DNA of 64,000 bases from Podarcis bocagei (taxonomy: Eukaryota). The translations under genes were made by a program, and so were the position numbers. The notes beneath the pieces are model-generated. The model was not told where the DNA came from. It made no database searches and worked only from the letters and a program-made list of their open reading frames with translations. This document shows positions 53,001 through 62,862 of the stretch, one piece after another. The DNA is taken from the NCBI GenBank assembly GCA_964188305.1, contig OZ076889.1; one strand, 5' to 3'. Numbering within the stretch: position 1 is the stretch's first letter; each line of letters begins with the position of its first letter.

Positions 53001-55567
53001 AGCTAAACCATGTCTATCAGGTAAGCATGAAATGGCATGAGCAATCAGCATTGGAATTGAAAGAGAGATTGAAGTGAATCTGGAATTTGCTTGGCTAACC
53101 ATTCTTATCACATGTTTCCTGCTCCAGTTCGAATACATGGCCCAGCACCTAGTGTTTGCCAACTGCATCCCCCTTATACTGAAATTCTTCAATCAAAACA
53201 TCATGTCATATATCACTGCCAAGAACAGGTAGGTGGGAATATCTCTAGCACACCTGTATCCCAAAATGCTATGACAGGAAATGTGACACACTATATTTGC
53301 AGTGGGACACCTAGATGGTATCCAGATGGGATATCTAAGAATAACTAGTTATCCTTCACAATTTTAACTTGGAGAAAGGAAGATGTTTCATCCCACTGAT
53401 AAAAAAACACCTGCTGAGAAATCATTTCTCTCCACCAACCCTACTACTTGTCTGTAAAATGGATAGGTTTAAAATGTGCTTGTTTGAAAAGACATTGAGT
53501 GACGTTCATGTAGATCCCATGGCCATGAGTATTACTGGACTCAACAGACACCATTGCCCTTGTGGGCTAAAACATTACTAAGCAGTTGGCTGATCTGCTT
53601 ATTTTTCTTGGCAGTAGGTAAGTATCTGGGATAGGCAGATATAGAAAGATGTTCATGTGTGAAGCCTCTTGGTTGTTGCCAGCTGAATAGCAGTGGGTGG
53701 AGATGATGTCACAATCATTTTTCTCATATGTTTGAACCTGGCAGGGGCAACCATTTTGGACACGGTATATTTCACTAGATAGGTCATCCATTCTGATCCG
53801 TTTGGGGTTTTTTGTGTTTTTTAGCATCTCTGTTTTGGATTACCCATACTGTGTGGTGCATGAGCTGCCTGAGCTGACTGCAGAGAGTCTGGTGAGCTAA
53901 ACTACCTGGACAGAAACATATATAGCTGAGGGGTGGAGATGGCATTGTCAATAAGGGGCAATTTCTCACTTTCCTTACTTGGTAATATTTCCTTTGTTTT
54001 GCTTTTTTTCCTATAGGAAGCTGGAGACAACAATCAGTTTTGCTGGCGAAACCTGTTTTCCTGCATTAATCTACTTAGGATACTGAACAAATTAACAAAG
54101 TGGAAGCACTCAAGGACTATGGTGAGTAGAAGGGCCTCCTCACATAGTGCTGTTAAGGCTTTATTGATGATGTGCCATCCTTTTGGCCTTAAGCAAATGG
54201 ATGGTGACCAAGGCACAGACGAAGTCTTGGAAAACTGAGAGTGTTCCTTTGCTTTCTCAGATGTTGGTGGTATTCAAGTCTGCACCCATTCTGAAACGAG
54301 CCCTCAAAGTGAAGCAAGCCATGATGCAGCTTTACGTTTTGAAGCTGCTCAAAGTGCAGACCAAGTACTTGGGGCGACAGTGGAGGAAGAGCAACATGAA
54401 GACCATGTCAGCAATCTACCAAAAAGTGCGGCACCGGCTCAATGATGACTGGGCTTATGGCAATGGTATGTCCTGGATCTGTCTCTCCTTTCCACCCACT
54501 CCCAAGTCTTTCATAAGCCTTTAACTGCTATGCCAAGCCAGTTCCCTTAAATCACCCATCTGCCTTCCTGTTAACAGATCCCATCAGTAGTTGCTAGGAG
54601 CGTATGGTGATGGCTCCACTTATCCTAAACAGAGCAAGCTGAGGAATGTGCTTCCCCACCTCTAAATTGATGTTGCTTGATAGACAGGGTGGTACAGTAA
54701 CTATAGTGTTGAACTTGGACCTCAGAAATACGTGTTCAGATCCTTGCAATGAACCATATAGTGTAGTCTTGGACAAGTCACTGGGTCTCAGCCTTAAACT
54801 ATTTTCTACTGTGGAACCTCAGTTTTTGAGCATCTCGGAAGCTGAACAATTCGGAACACAAATACAGAAAACCTGGAAATGATTGACTCTGTTTTCAAAC
54901 GCGCCTTGGAAATTGAACTGCTTCTGCTGCATGTTTTTCCATTTTTTTCAATGGATTTTGCTGACCGCCCATTGATACTCAGTTTTTGAACATTTTGGAA
55001 GTCAGACAGTCTTCTGAAACAGAATACATTCAAAAACCGAGGTTCCATTGTACTAGAGTGACCATAAATGACAAGCTGGAGTCACTCCATACTTCTTCAT
55101 AGAAGGTTGGAATACAAGTGTGAGATATTATTGATGTCTATGTCTGCTGGGAAGTCCCTATGCATCTCATCCCTAGAAGTTGTATTTCTTAAAGATCTGC
55201 CAAATGGGATGACATAATGCTGGACTGCCTGTATGACATTGTATGGCATTTTCATTGTGGGGGTATGATTGGAGCTCTTTTGCTCCTTCAGCTGATTGTT
55301 TGCTTCATGACTTTTGCAGATCTGGATGCACGTCCTTGGGACTTCCAGGCTGAGGAGTGTGCTCTGCGTGCCAGCATAGAGCGTTTCAACTCTCGCCGTT
55401 ATGACCGGGCACATAACAATCCTGATTTTCTACCTGTGGATAACTGTTTGCAGAGTGTTCTGGGCCAGCGCGTAGAACTGCCTGAAGATTTCCAAATGAA
55501 TTATGACTTGTGGCTGGAAAGGGAAGTTTTTTCTAGACCCATCTGTTGGGAAGAATTGCTCCAATGA
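38538..55567 (+). CDS. STRIP1: Striatin-interacting protein 1 (FAM40A); spliced gene span, 21 coding exons, 2478 nt / 825 aa
   Basis: All 21 GT-AG exons join in frame from [19 protein letters not shown] to ...[16 protein letters not shown]; matches vertebrate STRIP1 and follows AHCYL1 as in mammals. Confidence 0.97.
39516..39585 (+). CDS. STRIP1: STRIP1 exon 2 (70 nt)
   Basis: [23 protein letters not shown]; cag/gtaaac. Confidence 0.95.
40000..40260. repeat. Old unclassified dispersed repeat; related copies at about 20000-20170, 27430-27630, 42090-42270 and 58420-58750
   Basis: Shared motifs: ccc..cacc...caaatc.g.tc, cagatttgggg, gaggagagg, (a/t)gaaatccttg(c/t)(a/g)ct. Confidence 0.45.
40750..40824 (+). 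CDS. STRIP1: STRIP1 exon 3 (75 nt)
   Basis: [25 protein letters not shown]; cag/gtaaga. Confidence 0.95.
41024..41430 (-). mobile_element. L2-type LINE 3' fragment with (TAA)n tail (TTA microsatellite 41024-41062)
   Basis: (TTA)n followed by tttgtatacctcccttcatccaaagatcacagggtggttcacaa and gcattccacaaatggagagccac, typical of a reverse-oriented L2 3' end. Confidence 0.55.
41768..41902 (+). CDS. STRIP1: STRIP1 exon 4 (135 nt)
   Basis: [44 protein letters not shown]; cag/gtatac. Confidence 0.95.
42460..43370 (-). mobile_element. Degenerate L2 LINE fragment
   Basis: Minus-strand peptides [22 protein letters not shown] (RT C-terminal region) and APTLWNS (L2 C-terminus) in broken frames. Confidence 0.75.
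43762..43882 (+). CDS. STRIP1: STRIP1 exon 5 (121 nt)
   Basis: [40 protein letters not shown]; cag/gtgagt. Confidence 0.95.
44732..44800 (+). CDS. STRIP1: STRIP1 exon 6 (69 nt)
   Basis: [23 protein letters not shown]; cag/gtgagg. Confidence 0.95.
45909..46015 (+). CDS. STRIP1: STRIP1 exon 7 (107 nt)
   Basis: [35 protein letters not shown]; cag/gtaagg. Confidence 0.95.
46374..46501 (+). CDS. STRIP1: STRIP1 exon 8 (128 nt)
   Basis: [43 protein letters not shown]; cag/gtaaga. Confidence 0.95.
48116..48320. mobile_element. Tc1/mariner (Tigger-like) MITE
   Basis: TA|CAGTGGTACCTTGGTTTT ... AAAAGCCGAGGTACCACCG|TA. Confidence 0.8.
48636..48818 (+). CDS. STRIP1: STRIP1 exon 9 (183 nt)
   Basis: [17 protein letters not shown]...[25 protein letters not shown]; tag/gtaagt. 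Confidence 0.95.
48930..49147 (+). CDS. STRIP1: STRIP1 exon 10 (218 nt)
   Basis: [17 protein letters not shown]...[10 protein letters not shown]; cag/gtgagc. Confidence 0.95.
49492..49557 (+). CDS. STRIP1: STRIP1 exon 11 (66 nt)
   Basis: [21 protein letters not shown]; cag/gtgagt. Confidence 0.93.
50799..50862 (+). CDS. STRIP1: STRIP1 exon 12 (64 nt)
   Basis: [21 protein letters not shown]; tag/gtgagt. Confidence 0.93.
51031..51102 (+). CDS. STRIP1: STRIP1 exon 13 (72 nt)
   Basis: [24 protein letters not shown]; cag/gtaagt. Confidence 0.95.
51524..51598 (+). CDS. STRIP1: STRIP1 exon 14 (75 nt)
   Basis: [25 protein letters not shown]; aag/gtgagt. Confidence 0.92.
51913..52010 (+). CDS. STRIP1: STRIP1 exon 15 (98 nt)
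   Basis: [33 protein letters not shown]; cag/gtgagt. Confidence 0.95.
52894..53020 (+). CDS. STRIP1: STRIP1 exon 16 (127 nt)
   Basis: [42 protein letters not shown]; cag/gtaagc. Confidence 0.95.
53128..53228 (+). CDS. STRIP1: STRIP1 exon 17 (101 nt)
   Basis: [33 protein letters not shown]; cag/gtaggt. Confidence 0.95.
53825..53891 (+). CDS. STRIP1: STRIP1 exon 18 (67 nt)
   Basis: [22 protein letters not shown]; tag/gtgagc. Confidence 0.95.
54017..54121 (+). CDS. STRIP1: STRIP1 exon 19 (105 nt)
   Basis: [35 protein letters not shown]; tag/gtgagt. Confidence 0.95.
54261..54465 (+). CDS. STRIP1: STRIP1 exon 20 (205 nt)
   Basis: [25 protein letters not shown]...[12 protein letters not shown]; cag/gtatgt. 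Confidence 0.95.
54809..55050. mobile_element. Tc1/mariner (Tigger-like) MITE
   Basis: TA|CTGTGGAACCTCAGTTTTTGA ... TCAAAAACCGAGGTTCCATTG|TA. Confidence 0.75.
55320..55567 (+). CDS. STRIP1: STRIP1 exon 21 coding (248 nt)
   Basis: [17 protein letters not shown]...[19 protein letters not shown]. Confidence 0.95.
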
Positions 55568-56860
55568 CGTTTGAGAAGAGGGAATCGGAGCTAGTACGTG
55601 TGCCCAAGGACAAGGCAGCTTCTCTTCGGTCAACCGGGCATAGAGAGAAGAGATAAAACTGGTTTTTCATATGGCTTGTAATCTGCAGTTCTTTCCTTCT
55701 CCTCCAGGTGGTGGCATGGATTTATACTGCTCTCAAGGTTCTAGCAAATATGGCTTTCCTACATCTTTTGGGCTACTTCAATTACTGATTGGTTTAGAAG
55801 GTGCTAAATGGATTCAGAGCAGTTCACTTTGAGACTCAGATCAATTGAAAAACGCTGAGCAAAATACCAGTGTCAGCTTTGATTGCTATTCACATGCTCC
55901 TTGTTGGGCTTCTGTCCATTGGCATTGGCCAGCTATTCTGTTCCAAAAGTAGTATGGCAGCTTTTTTCTGCTATGCCCCCACTCTTATCCCAAAAGGACA
56001 GAACCCTTTCTCTGTTAGGATGGAAAACAGTATCATGGTGGTGTGAATGAGAGCAGAAAAGATAGGTGGTGCATACAGTTGTTCATACTAATAGGGAAAG
56101 GAGCTATCTGGAGTCCCATCTAGTGCTTGTATAATTGAGAGGATTGGGAGCAGGGAATAGGATGTGTTCATAGCAGCTGCTTCCAGTCTCATCTTGTGGA
56201 TTACAAATGGCTTGGCCCTTCACAGGGAAGGCAATTTAACTGGATCAGGGATGTTACCTTCTTTTGTTCCTGTAGTGGCACCAAACAGCTAAACAACTGC
56301 TGATCATGTCCCAGTATAATTGAATATTAATATCTATTTCTTTCCATTGAGCAATCTTCTGTTTTGAAGGCTTCACCATGGAAAGAGAAACTCTTGACAT
56401 TTTCCCATTTCCATCAATGTGCCATTCTTTCCTCCTTCGTTTGCTTGAAAGCCTCAATTTTTGAATAGCTTTGCTGCACAGATGCGCATGCCAATGTAGT
56501 TTGCTTAATTTGACCCCTTGCCAGGGCTCCTTGTTTGTGCCTGTGCTTCTTGGTTAAATGTCGCATAATCCTGGTCTCCTCAGTCTGGATGTTGGTGACC
56601 CAAGCAAGTAACCCATCCTACCTTGATGCTCCATCCCAGTCTAGTTCTCATAAACAGAAGATGAAGTGGCAAGCCTGTGTCTGGACTTTCCCACTGCAAG
56701 TCACACCCACAGCCATCTGGAATAGTACTGTCAGTCCAGACAAAAGTTTGCCACTTCCAATGATGTTTTGTTAGAACCTAGTCTCTGGGTTCCTGCAAAC
56801 CAGGACTGTGAATGTGGTAGAAGTAAAGGCATTTACTTTAAGTATATAAGTGGACCTGAC

Positions 56861-56866
56861 AATAAA
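56861..56866 (+). terminator. Candidate STRIP1 polyadenylation signal
   Basis: AATAAA about 1.3 kb after the stop codon. Confidence 0.45.
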
Positions 56867-58160
56867 GTAGGTGCTTTCACTTCCCTAGGAGATGGTATCT
56901 GCTCTGAGAAGACTCACAACCAAATCTAAGTGTAGCCTGTTGTATTTATAAACATTCAGGAATAGGCAAGCACAGTAGGTCATCGCCAGGTGCAATATGG
57001 TAGAATGCATTTTCCTATTTGTTTGTTTGTGCTTTGTAGTCTGATTATATGCTCAGGCTACAATTCTAACATATTTGGAAGAGAGCCCCACTGAACAGGC
57101 CTCCTGAGTAAATATGTTTAGGTCTGGGGTGCCATTAAAATGCTACTATGGGAGTGGGTGGGACTGCTCCAGCACTCCACATTGAGCCTCGATTACTTGT
57201 CCCCAAATACTCCCAGCTGTTTAACTTTCATCGCTGAGGTTACAGAGTGTCTCTCAGGCAGACAGCAGCAGGGACCAAGACACACAGTGTCAGCGTAGAA
57301 TAAGAATCAAGTTTTAGCAAAGCCAATTCATTTGTTTTGAGCAAATGTCACCAGGCAGACATTTGCTCACAAATTGTAACGAACTACAGATGGGGCTCCA
57401 AGCTTCTTCAAGGTGTAACATACTGAGACCGTAGGGCTCCCCCCTCCCCATCTCTGCATTGTTAACAGTGTGATGGTGACATGATCATGCAACAGAAGCA
57501 CATGGTCGCATAAAAGAATGAACAAGCATTAAAAACAACAAAATGCCTATCAACTTACAGTGGCTACTTTTGTGTATGAATCCTGAGATCTGTACGTATC
57601 TCCTGGAAAGAAATCCAGACAATTTCTGCTCAGTGGAAATTAGGGACTTCAGTGGGTGAGTACAGCATCTTTCTTGCTTTGCCCTGCTAACCACAGACTT
57701 CATAGGAGGCCTGGTTGCATGGTGGTTCCTTGATATGTACTTGCTCAGTTTATCTGTAAAATTTCTGATACCGGTAAACATCTGGCCATTTTTTCCTTCT
57801 GGCGCACTACACTATTGGATTTTGTTTTTAAATTACAGTGAAAATGAAACCCAGCTATTATGGGTAAATTATTCTGTGAGCACTTGCTGGTCTGTGACAC
57901 AGCTGATGGGGACAGTTGCATGATGGGGACAGACAGCAAACTTGAAAGCTGCCTTCCTCCCCTCCAGGAGTCCATTGATGTCTGTGGATGGAGAGGAAGG
58001 ATACTTGCATTTTCCTTGGTCATTTCAAGCAGTCTGAGTTATGTTCCACAGAATTGATCCAGGAATGCAGGCAGTTAAGATCCCTTCCAGCACGGTCCCC
58101 TTGCAGTAGTAGATTTGTTTATTACTTAAAGTTTTAATAGGAGACTCTAACCAGATAGAA

Positions 58161-58396
58161 GAGAGCTTTCCAAACTTTTTATGTCGGTGACACCCTTTTT
58201 AGACAGGTATCACTTCACGATGCAGTAAATTTATTTTGCATCATTTCACAACACAGTAATTGTTTTACTAGCAAACCAGAGGTTAAACTTAACCTCTTTT
58301 TAGCCTCGGGAGCAGCTTGGGGAGCATTCACATGACACACCTACACACTGCAGCCGACACACTAATGTGTCGCAACACACAGTTTGGAAAGCTCTG
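58161..58396. mobile_element. hAT (Charlie-like) MITE
   Basis: TIRs AGAGCTTTCCAAAC / GTTTGGAAAGCTCTG; gacacac subterminal repeats; TSD not evident. Confidence 0.7.
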
Positions 58397-58504
58397 TGGT
58401 AAATTGCAAACTGTGGACAGTATCCAGCTAACATGTCCCGTCATCACAAGGATTTCTACTTATCCCCTGCCCGTGCCCTGAAGGGGTTGCAGGAACCCCT
58501 AGAA

Positions 58505-58640
58505 CAGGCTTCCTCAACCTCGGCCCTCCAGATGTTTCGAGACTACAATTCCCATCATCCCCGACCACTGGTCCTGCTAGCTAGGGATCATGGGAGTTGT
58601 AGGCAAAAAACATCTGGAGGGCTGAGGTTGAGGAAGCCTG
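58505..58640. mobile_element. Young palindromic hAT MITE (136 bp), inserted into an older repeat
   Basis: TIRs CAGGCTTCCTCAACCTC / GAGGTTGAGGAAGCCTG; perfect 8-bp TSD CCCTAGAA. Confidence 0.9.
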
Positions 58641-59249
58641 CCCTAGAACATATTTAAGGGGCACACAAGGGAAGAGAGGGGAGATCTGATTGTGCCAAGT
58701 GGAAATCCTTGTGCTGGAGGGTTATGTTACTCAGCGTTACTTTAGATACCCCCATTTTTTATTATTTACTCCTACTTATTCCTCAAAAAAAACAAACCAA
58801 CAACACCTCAGGGCATCTCTCAACAGAAATAATTTAAAATGGCAATGAACAGTTTTATGCCTTTTCTGTGTGATCTCTAATCTTTCTGAAATGTGTCTAG
58901 AAGAATTGTTCTAATAGCATACGAAGTGAAATTTTTGCTAAGCTGCTCAGACTATGGTTTTCCTTGCTGAAAAATGAGAAGAGTCTCATAGCAGTGTAAT
59001 TAGATAAGAAACAGTTCCCCTTTCTGGAAATGAGACAGCGAGTTTATTCTATTTATTATGAAGATTTATAGTCTTACCTTTTTACAAAATACCTAAGGTA
59101 ACTTACTATAAAGATAAAAATACACTATTAATACAAGAGAATGTGCAGTAAAATGGTAAGTGCAATTCAATGCAAGCAAGTGTAAAGTGATAACTATTGG
59201 AGCAAAAAATATTATGTCACATAGTACAGTATAAAACTGCAAATATAAT

Positions 59250-59897
59250 GTTGTTATACAAATCTATTGTGCAACCACACTTGAAATACTGTGAACAGTT
59301 CTGGTTGCCTCACCTCAAAAAGGATATTGTAAAGCTGGACAAGGCTTAGAAAAGGGTAACCAAAATGATCTAGGGGCTGGAGCAACTCCATAGTAGGAGT
59401 ATATAACATTTGAGGCTTTTAGTTTCAGAAAAAGACAAGGAGGAACATTCTAGAGGTGTAAAAGTTTGTGCATGGGATGAAGAAAGTGGATAGCTAAGTT
59501 TTTTCTCCTATATAATACTAAAACCTAGAGTCATTCAGTGAAGTTCAATGTTGGAAAATTCAGGACAGACAAAGAACTTCACAGAGTCCATAATGAAAAC
59601 ACCCAGAAGATGTAGTAATGGTCCCCAACTTGGATGGCTTTTATAAGAAGATTAGACAGACTCTTGGAGCATAAGGCTATCAGTGTCTACTAACCACAAT
59701 GGCTTTGTTCTTCCTCCACTGTTGGAGGCAGTATGTCTCTAAATACCAGATGCTGGGAATCACAAGTGGGGAGAGTACTCTTTGACTCATGTCCTGCTTA
59801 TGGACTTCTCATAGGTATTTAGTTGGTCACTATGAGAACAAGACGATGGAATGAAGAGCTTTTGGCCTGATTGAACAGGGCTCTCCTTGCGTTCCTA
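59250..59897 (+). mobile_element. Degenerate CR1 LINE 3' fragment
   Basis: ccacacttgaaatactgtgaacagttctggttgcctcacctcaaaaaggatatt (PHLEYC.QFW.P.LKKDI-like); CR1-type 3' end ggcctgatt..acagggctctcctt.cgttccta. Confidence 0.75.
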
Positions 59898-60069
59898 ATA
59901 TCAGATGGATCCTGCTCCTCAGTTGCTTTGTTTTCTACAAAGGCAAAGGCCCAGAGATTGTGTATTGATGATTGGAATGCATAAGCAGTTTTTGAGAGAC
60001 AAATTGATTCATCTAATAATACTTGGAGTGCAGACAAGGCACACTCAGGCTGCTCCTTTGGCTCAGAGG

Positions 60070-60350
60070 CAACTTAGCATTTTAGTACACATTTCTCCAG
60101 ATGTAGTGTTTTGTGTGCAACATTCCCCAATATACACATTTTTGTATGCTCACTTCACTAACATTGTGCATTTCTATGCACACTTTCCCCTAATGTTTAT
60201 ATATTTTGACACATATCATTTCACCGCATTGCAAAATGCAGAGAAGTGTGAATTTCAAAGAATATCGATTTCAGTTCGTGCTGTATCAGGAAGTGCAAAT
60301 TAGGGAGTGATCATATCAAAGTGCAATCTGAATTGAAATTATCCCCCATC
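60070..60350. mobile_element. Old non-autonomous DNA-transposon-like repeat; related fragments at about 26860-27010 and 34170-34330
   Basis: Recurring tgcatttt/aaaatgca/cacactttcccctaat motifs, ending in cccccatcc. Confidence 0.35.
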
Positions 60351-60410
60351 CAAACTTCCCCCCCTTTGTTCAACACCTAAAGTTCACAGTGACTGGCCCT
60401 GGTAGAATTG

Positions 60411-60435
60411 TGACATCAGAGGAAAATCAGCCAAT
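60411..60435 (+). promoter_or_regulatory. Putative proximal promoter of the UBL4B-like gene (CRE-like TGACATCA + CCAAT box)
   Basis: TGACATCA at 60411-60418 and AGCCAATC (CCAAT 60431-60435), 80-100 nt upstream of the ATG; no TATA box seen. Confidence 0.5.
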
Positions 60436-60510
60436 CGCTGGCTTCCTCTTTGTCCCTTCCCATTCCCTCATTCAGGCAGGGCTTGATTTACTAGCCCATT
60501 GAGCAAGGCA

Positions 60511-61086
60511 ATGCTGCTCACAGTGAAGAGGCTGCTTGGGCAGCAGTGCCGCCTTCAGGTGTCTGGCGAGGAGAGGATCTCTCTGGTGAAAAGCCTGGTG
60601 TGTGAAGAGCTCAATGTCCCCGAGAACCAGCAGACCCTGTTGTTCCAGGGGAAAGTGCTGGAGGGGGAGCACAAATTATCAGACTATCTCATTGGCCCAG
60701 AGTCCATCCTCTATCTGGTGATTAAAAAACCTGAGCAAGCTCACCCTGAGGAGCCCTCAAAGCCGACCGCTGCCCAGCCCCACTCAGTGTGGTATCGACT
60801 CTCGCAAGTCCTGGAGAAACATTTCAGAACTTCCGACGCAGTGAGGGTTCTTGAGCGGGTGCTGAACGACTACTACAAAGGCCTTGGCTTGCTGAGCCTG
60901 GAAAGCATCGAAGAGTTAGCAGGGGACCTCCTAAGTCCTGAGGAAGGTGAACTGGTGGCTACAGGTGAGCTCCCCCAGCAAGAGGGGCACCCCACAGCCC
61001 CAGTGTCTGAATCCAGGAAGGATAAAGCGACCCAGACTGAGCCACAAGAAATGCTAGGAGGAAGGTGGTGCTGGAAGAACTCTTGA
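60511..61086 (+). CDS. UBL4B: Intronless ubiquitin-like protein 4 family gene (UBL4B-type), 191 aa
   Basis: N-terminal UBL domain MLLTVKRLLGQQCRLQVSGEE...QQTLLFQGK.LE...LSDYLIGP lacking a di-Gly; UBL4-type C-terminal segment VW..LSQVLEKHF...DAVRVLE...LSLESIEELA; single exon; gcaATG start; ATTAAA at 61117-61122. Family call is strong, the B-vs-A assignment rests on residues and synteny. Confidence 0.8.
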   Translation: MLLTVKRLLGQQCRLQVSGEERISLVKSLVCEELNVPENQQTLLFQGKVLEGEHKLSDYLIGPESILYLVIKKPEQAHPEEPSKPTAAQPHSVWYRLSQVLEKHFRTSDAVRVLERVLNDYYKGLGLLSLESIEELAGDLLSPEEGELVATGELPQQEGHPTAPVSESRKDKATQTEPQEMLGGRWCWKNS

Positions 61087-62499
61087 GTAGACTTATTTAG
61101 AGATGTCTAAGCGAAAATTAAAATAGTGATGGTGTATGGAACATGGAGCTGTGTCTTTATGTACCAAGGAGGAAGGAGGTTTAGTAAATGAAGATGACCA
61201 TTTTTAAAAGGACCAGAGCTTCAGTTGGTATTGAAACTAGTGCTGTGCCAGATTTTTCACAGGCAAACAGTTTTGGCATGAAAGGGAATCCTTGGGGAAG
61301 GAGAAAAGTTCACTGAACAGCCCCTGAATGCATTTACCCCTACTGACTGCTGCTTTGGTGCCATTCCCCCCCCCCCCCGGGCATCTCATTTCTGGCTGTG
61401 TGATCCCAGCTAACTGGCTGCCTTGTTCCTAGTGTGGTGATGTCATGGCACCACACAGCAAATCAGAGCTGGCAATGTCCAATATTCCTAAGGCCAAATG
61501 AAGCCCTAATTACACTCACTCTTGAATGAAGGAAGCCTGCATTGCCTCAATGATCCCTGTGTTATCATATTGCACTGGCCATTTAATTGTCTGACAGCAC
61601 AGCAAGGCAGGACGCATCAGCACCATTGTCTTGGCAGCAGGTTGATATATTCTGTCTTCTCCCATGAATAGTTTTTTTGGGGGGGGAGCCACACCCTGAA
61701 AAATCACCATATATGGGGCATTCTGAGGGAGGTGCAAAAACACCTATGAAAACAGTCTCCCTGTTTCAGACCTGGCTCTATCATAGCTTTATCTCCTCCA
61801 CCACCACCATCACACTAGGCTTGTATCCAGTTACAGTACATGGTCCTTGGTTCCATCTTTGGCATGGCTATTTAAAATACTGGTGTCCAAAAAGCAGATC
61901 TCTAGCAAGACTACATGAACTGGTTGAGCCTGACAGCCCTGGTTGAGATGGACAATTGTCATGGTTTGTCCTTGTACGCCATCTCTCTGTACATTGAATC
62001 AAACATTATTTTCTTAAAGTCAGTGTGTCATATGGGAGCATATGGCTGGCTGGCTTCCCAGGACCACAGGCAGGAACTCAAGCATTTCTGTGGCAGCTTC
62101 CCAATTTTGTGCTGGAGCTGAAGCAAACAGTTGAAGAACCATTCCCAGGATCTATTTTACATGCTTCCCCCAGTAAATGTATTGGATTCTCATGAAAAGT
62201 GACTGTTCCCCTACCTCCGAGTAGAGCTATTCCACTCCACTTCCCAAGAAAGCAGTCTCCCAATTAGTAGTGGGTTGTTGTTTCTTCACATATACTAAGC
62301 TGGTATCAGCAAGCTGCTTCTGAAATGCTCATTTTGACATGGTTCCCAACTTGTCATTGTGTTCCTCCACTGAGATAACTACCCAAGAACTCAGCAGAAG
62401 TGAAGGAATGTTTTCAGAACTGGAGATTAAAACTGACATTTCACTACAGAGGGAGTGGGGCAATTAAAGCACCAGACTTATGAAGAGTGCTACCCCCTG

Positions 62500-62862
62500 C
62501 TGTGGAGATGAGATCGCTGTCTTCAAACATCTAAAAGGTTGCCATGCAGAGAGTGGAACAGACTTATTCTCTGTTGCTCCAGAGGGCAGGACCAGAGCCA
62601 ATGGGTGGAAATTGCAGCGAAGCAGATCTTGCATAAAAATGAGGAGAAACACCCTAACAGTAAGAACTGTTCTACAACGGAACAGACTGCCTCAAGAAGT
62701 GGGCGGCTGGGGAGGGGGGCGGCTGGCTATCTTTTGCTAGAGGAATTTGAGCAGGGCCTGGATCTCTCATGGATGCTGTAATTGCATCCTGCATTATAGA
62801 TGTTACATTGAGGCAACAGGTTGGACTCGATGACCTAAGGTCTCGTCTGACTTTGTGATTCA
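62500..62862 (+). mobile_element. CR1 LINE 3' fragment
   Basis: IAVFKHLKGCH...DLFSVAPEGRTRANGWKL and 3' end ggttggactcgatgacc...gtgattc. Confidence 0.8.

Noticed and set aside
55565-55594. Stop-codon readthrough of STRIP1 (TGA-C context)
   Set aside because: Lacks the TGA-CTAG motif, the extension is only about 9 aa, and there is no conservation evidence
57930-58010. Possible ALX3 last-exon remnant on the minus strand (SIH...GG...SF)
   Set aside because: Only a few scattered residues resemble ALX3 SIHGFPPTLGGHSFE; this cannot be separated from chance without an alignment
60499-60510. TTG start given in the ORF track for the UBL4-like ORF
   Set aside because: The ATG at 60511 aligns with the UBL4 initiator Met (M.LTVK)
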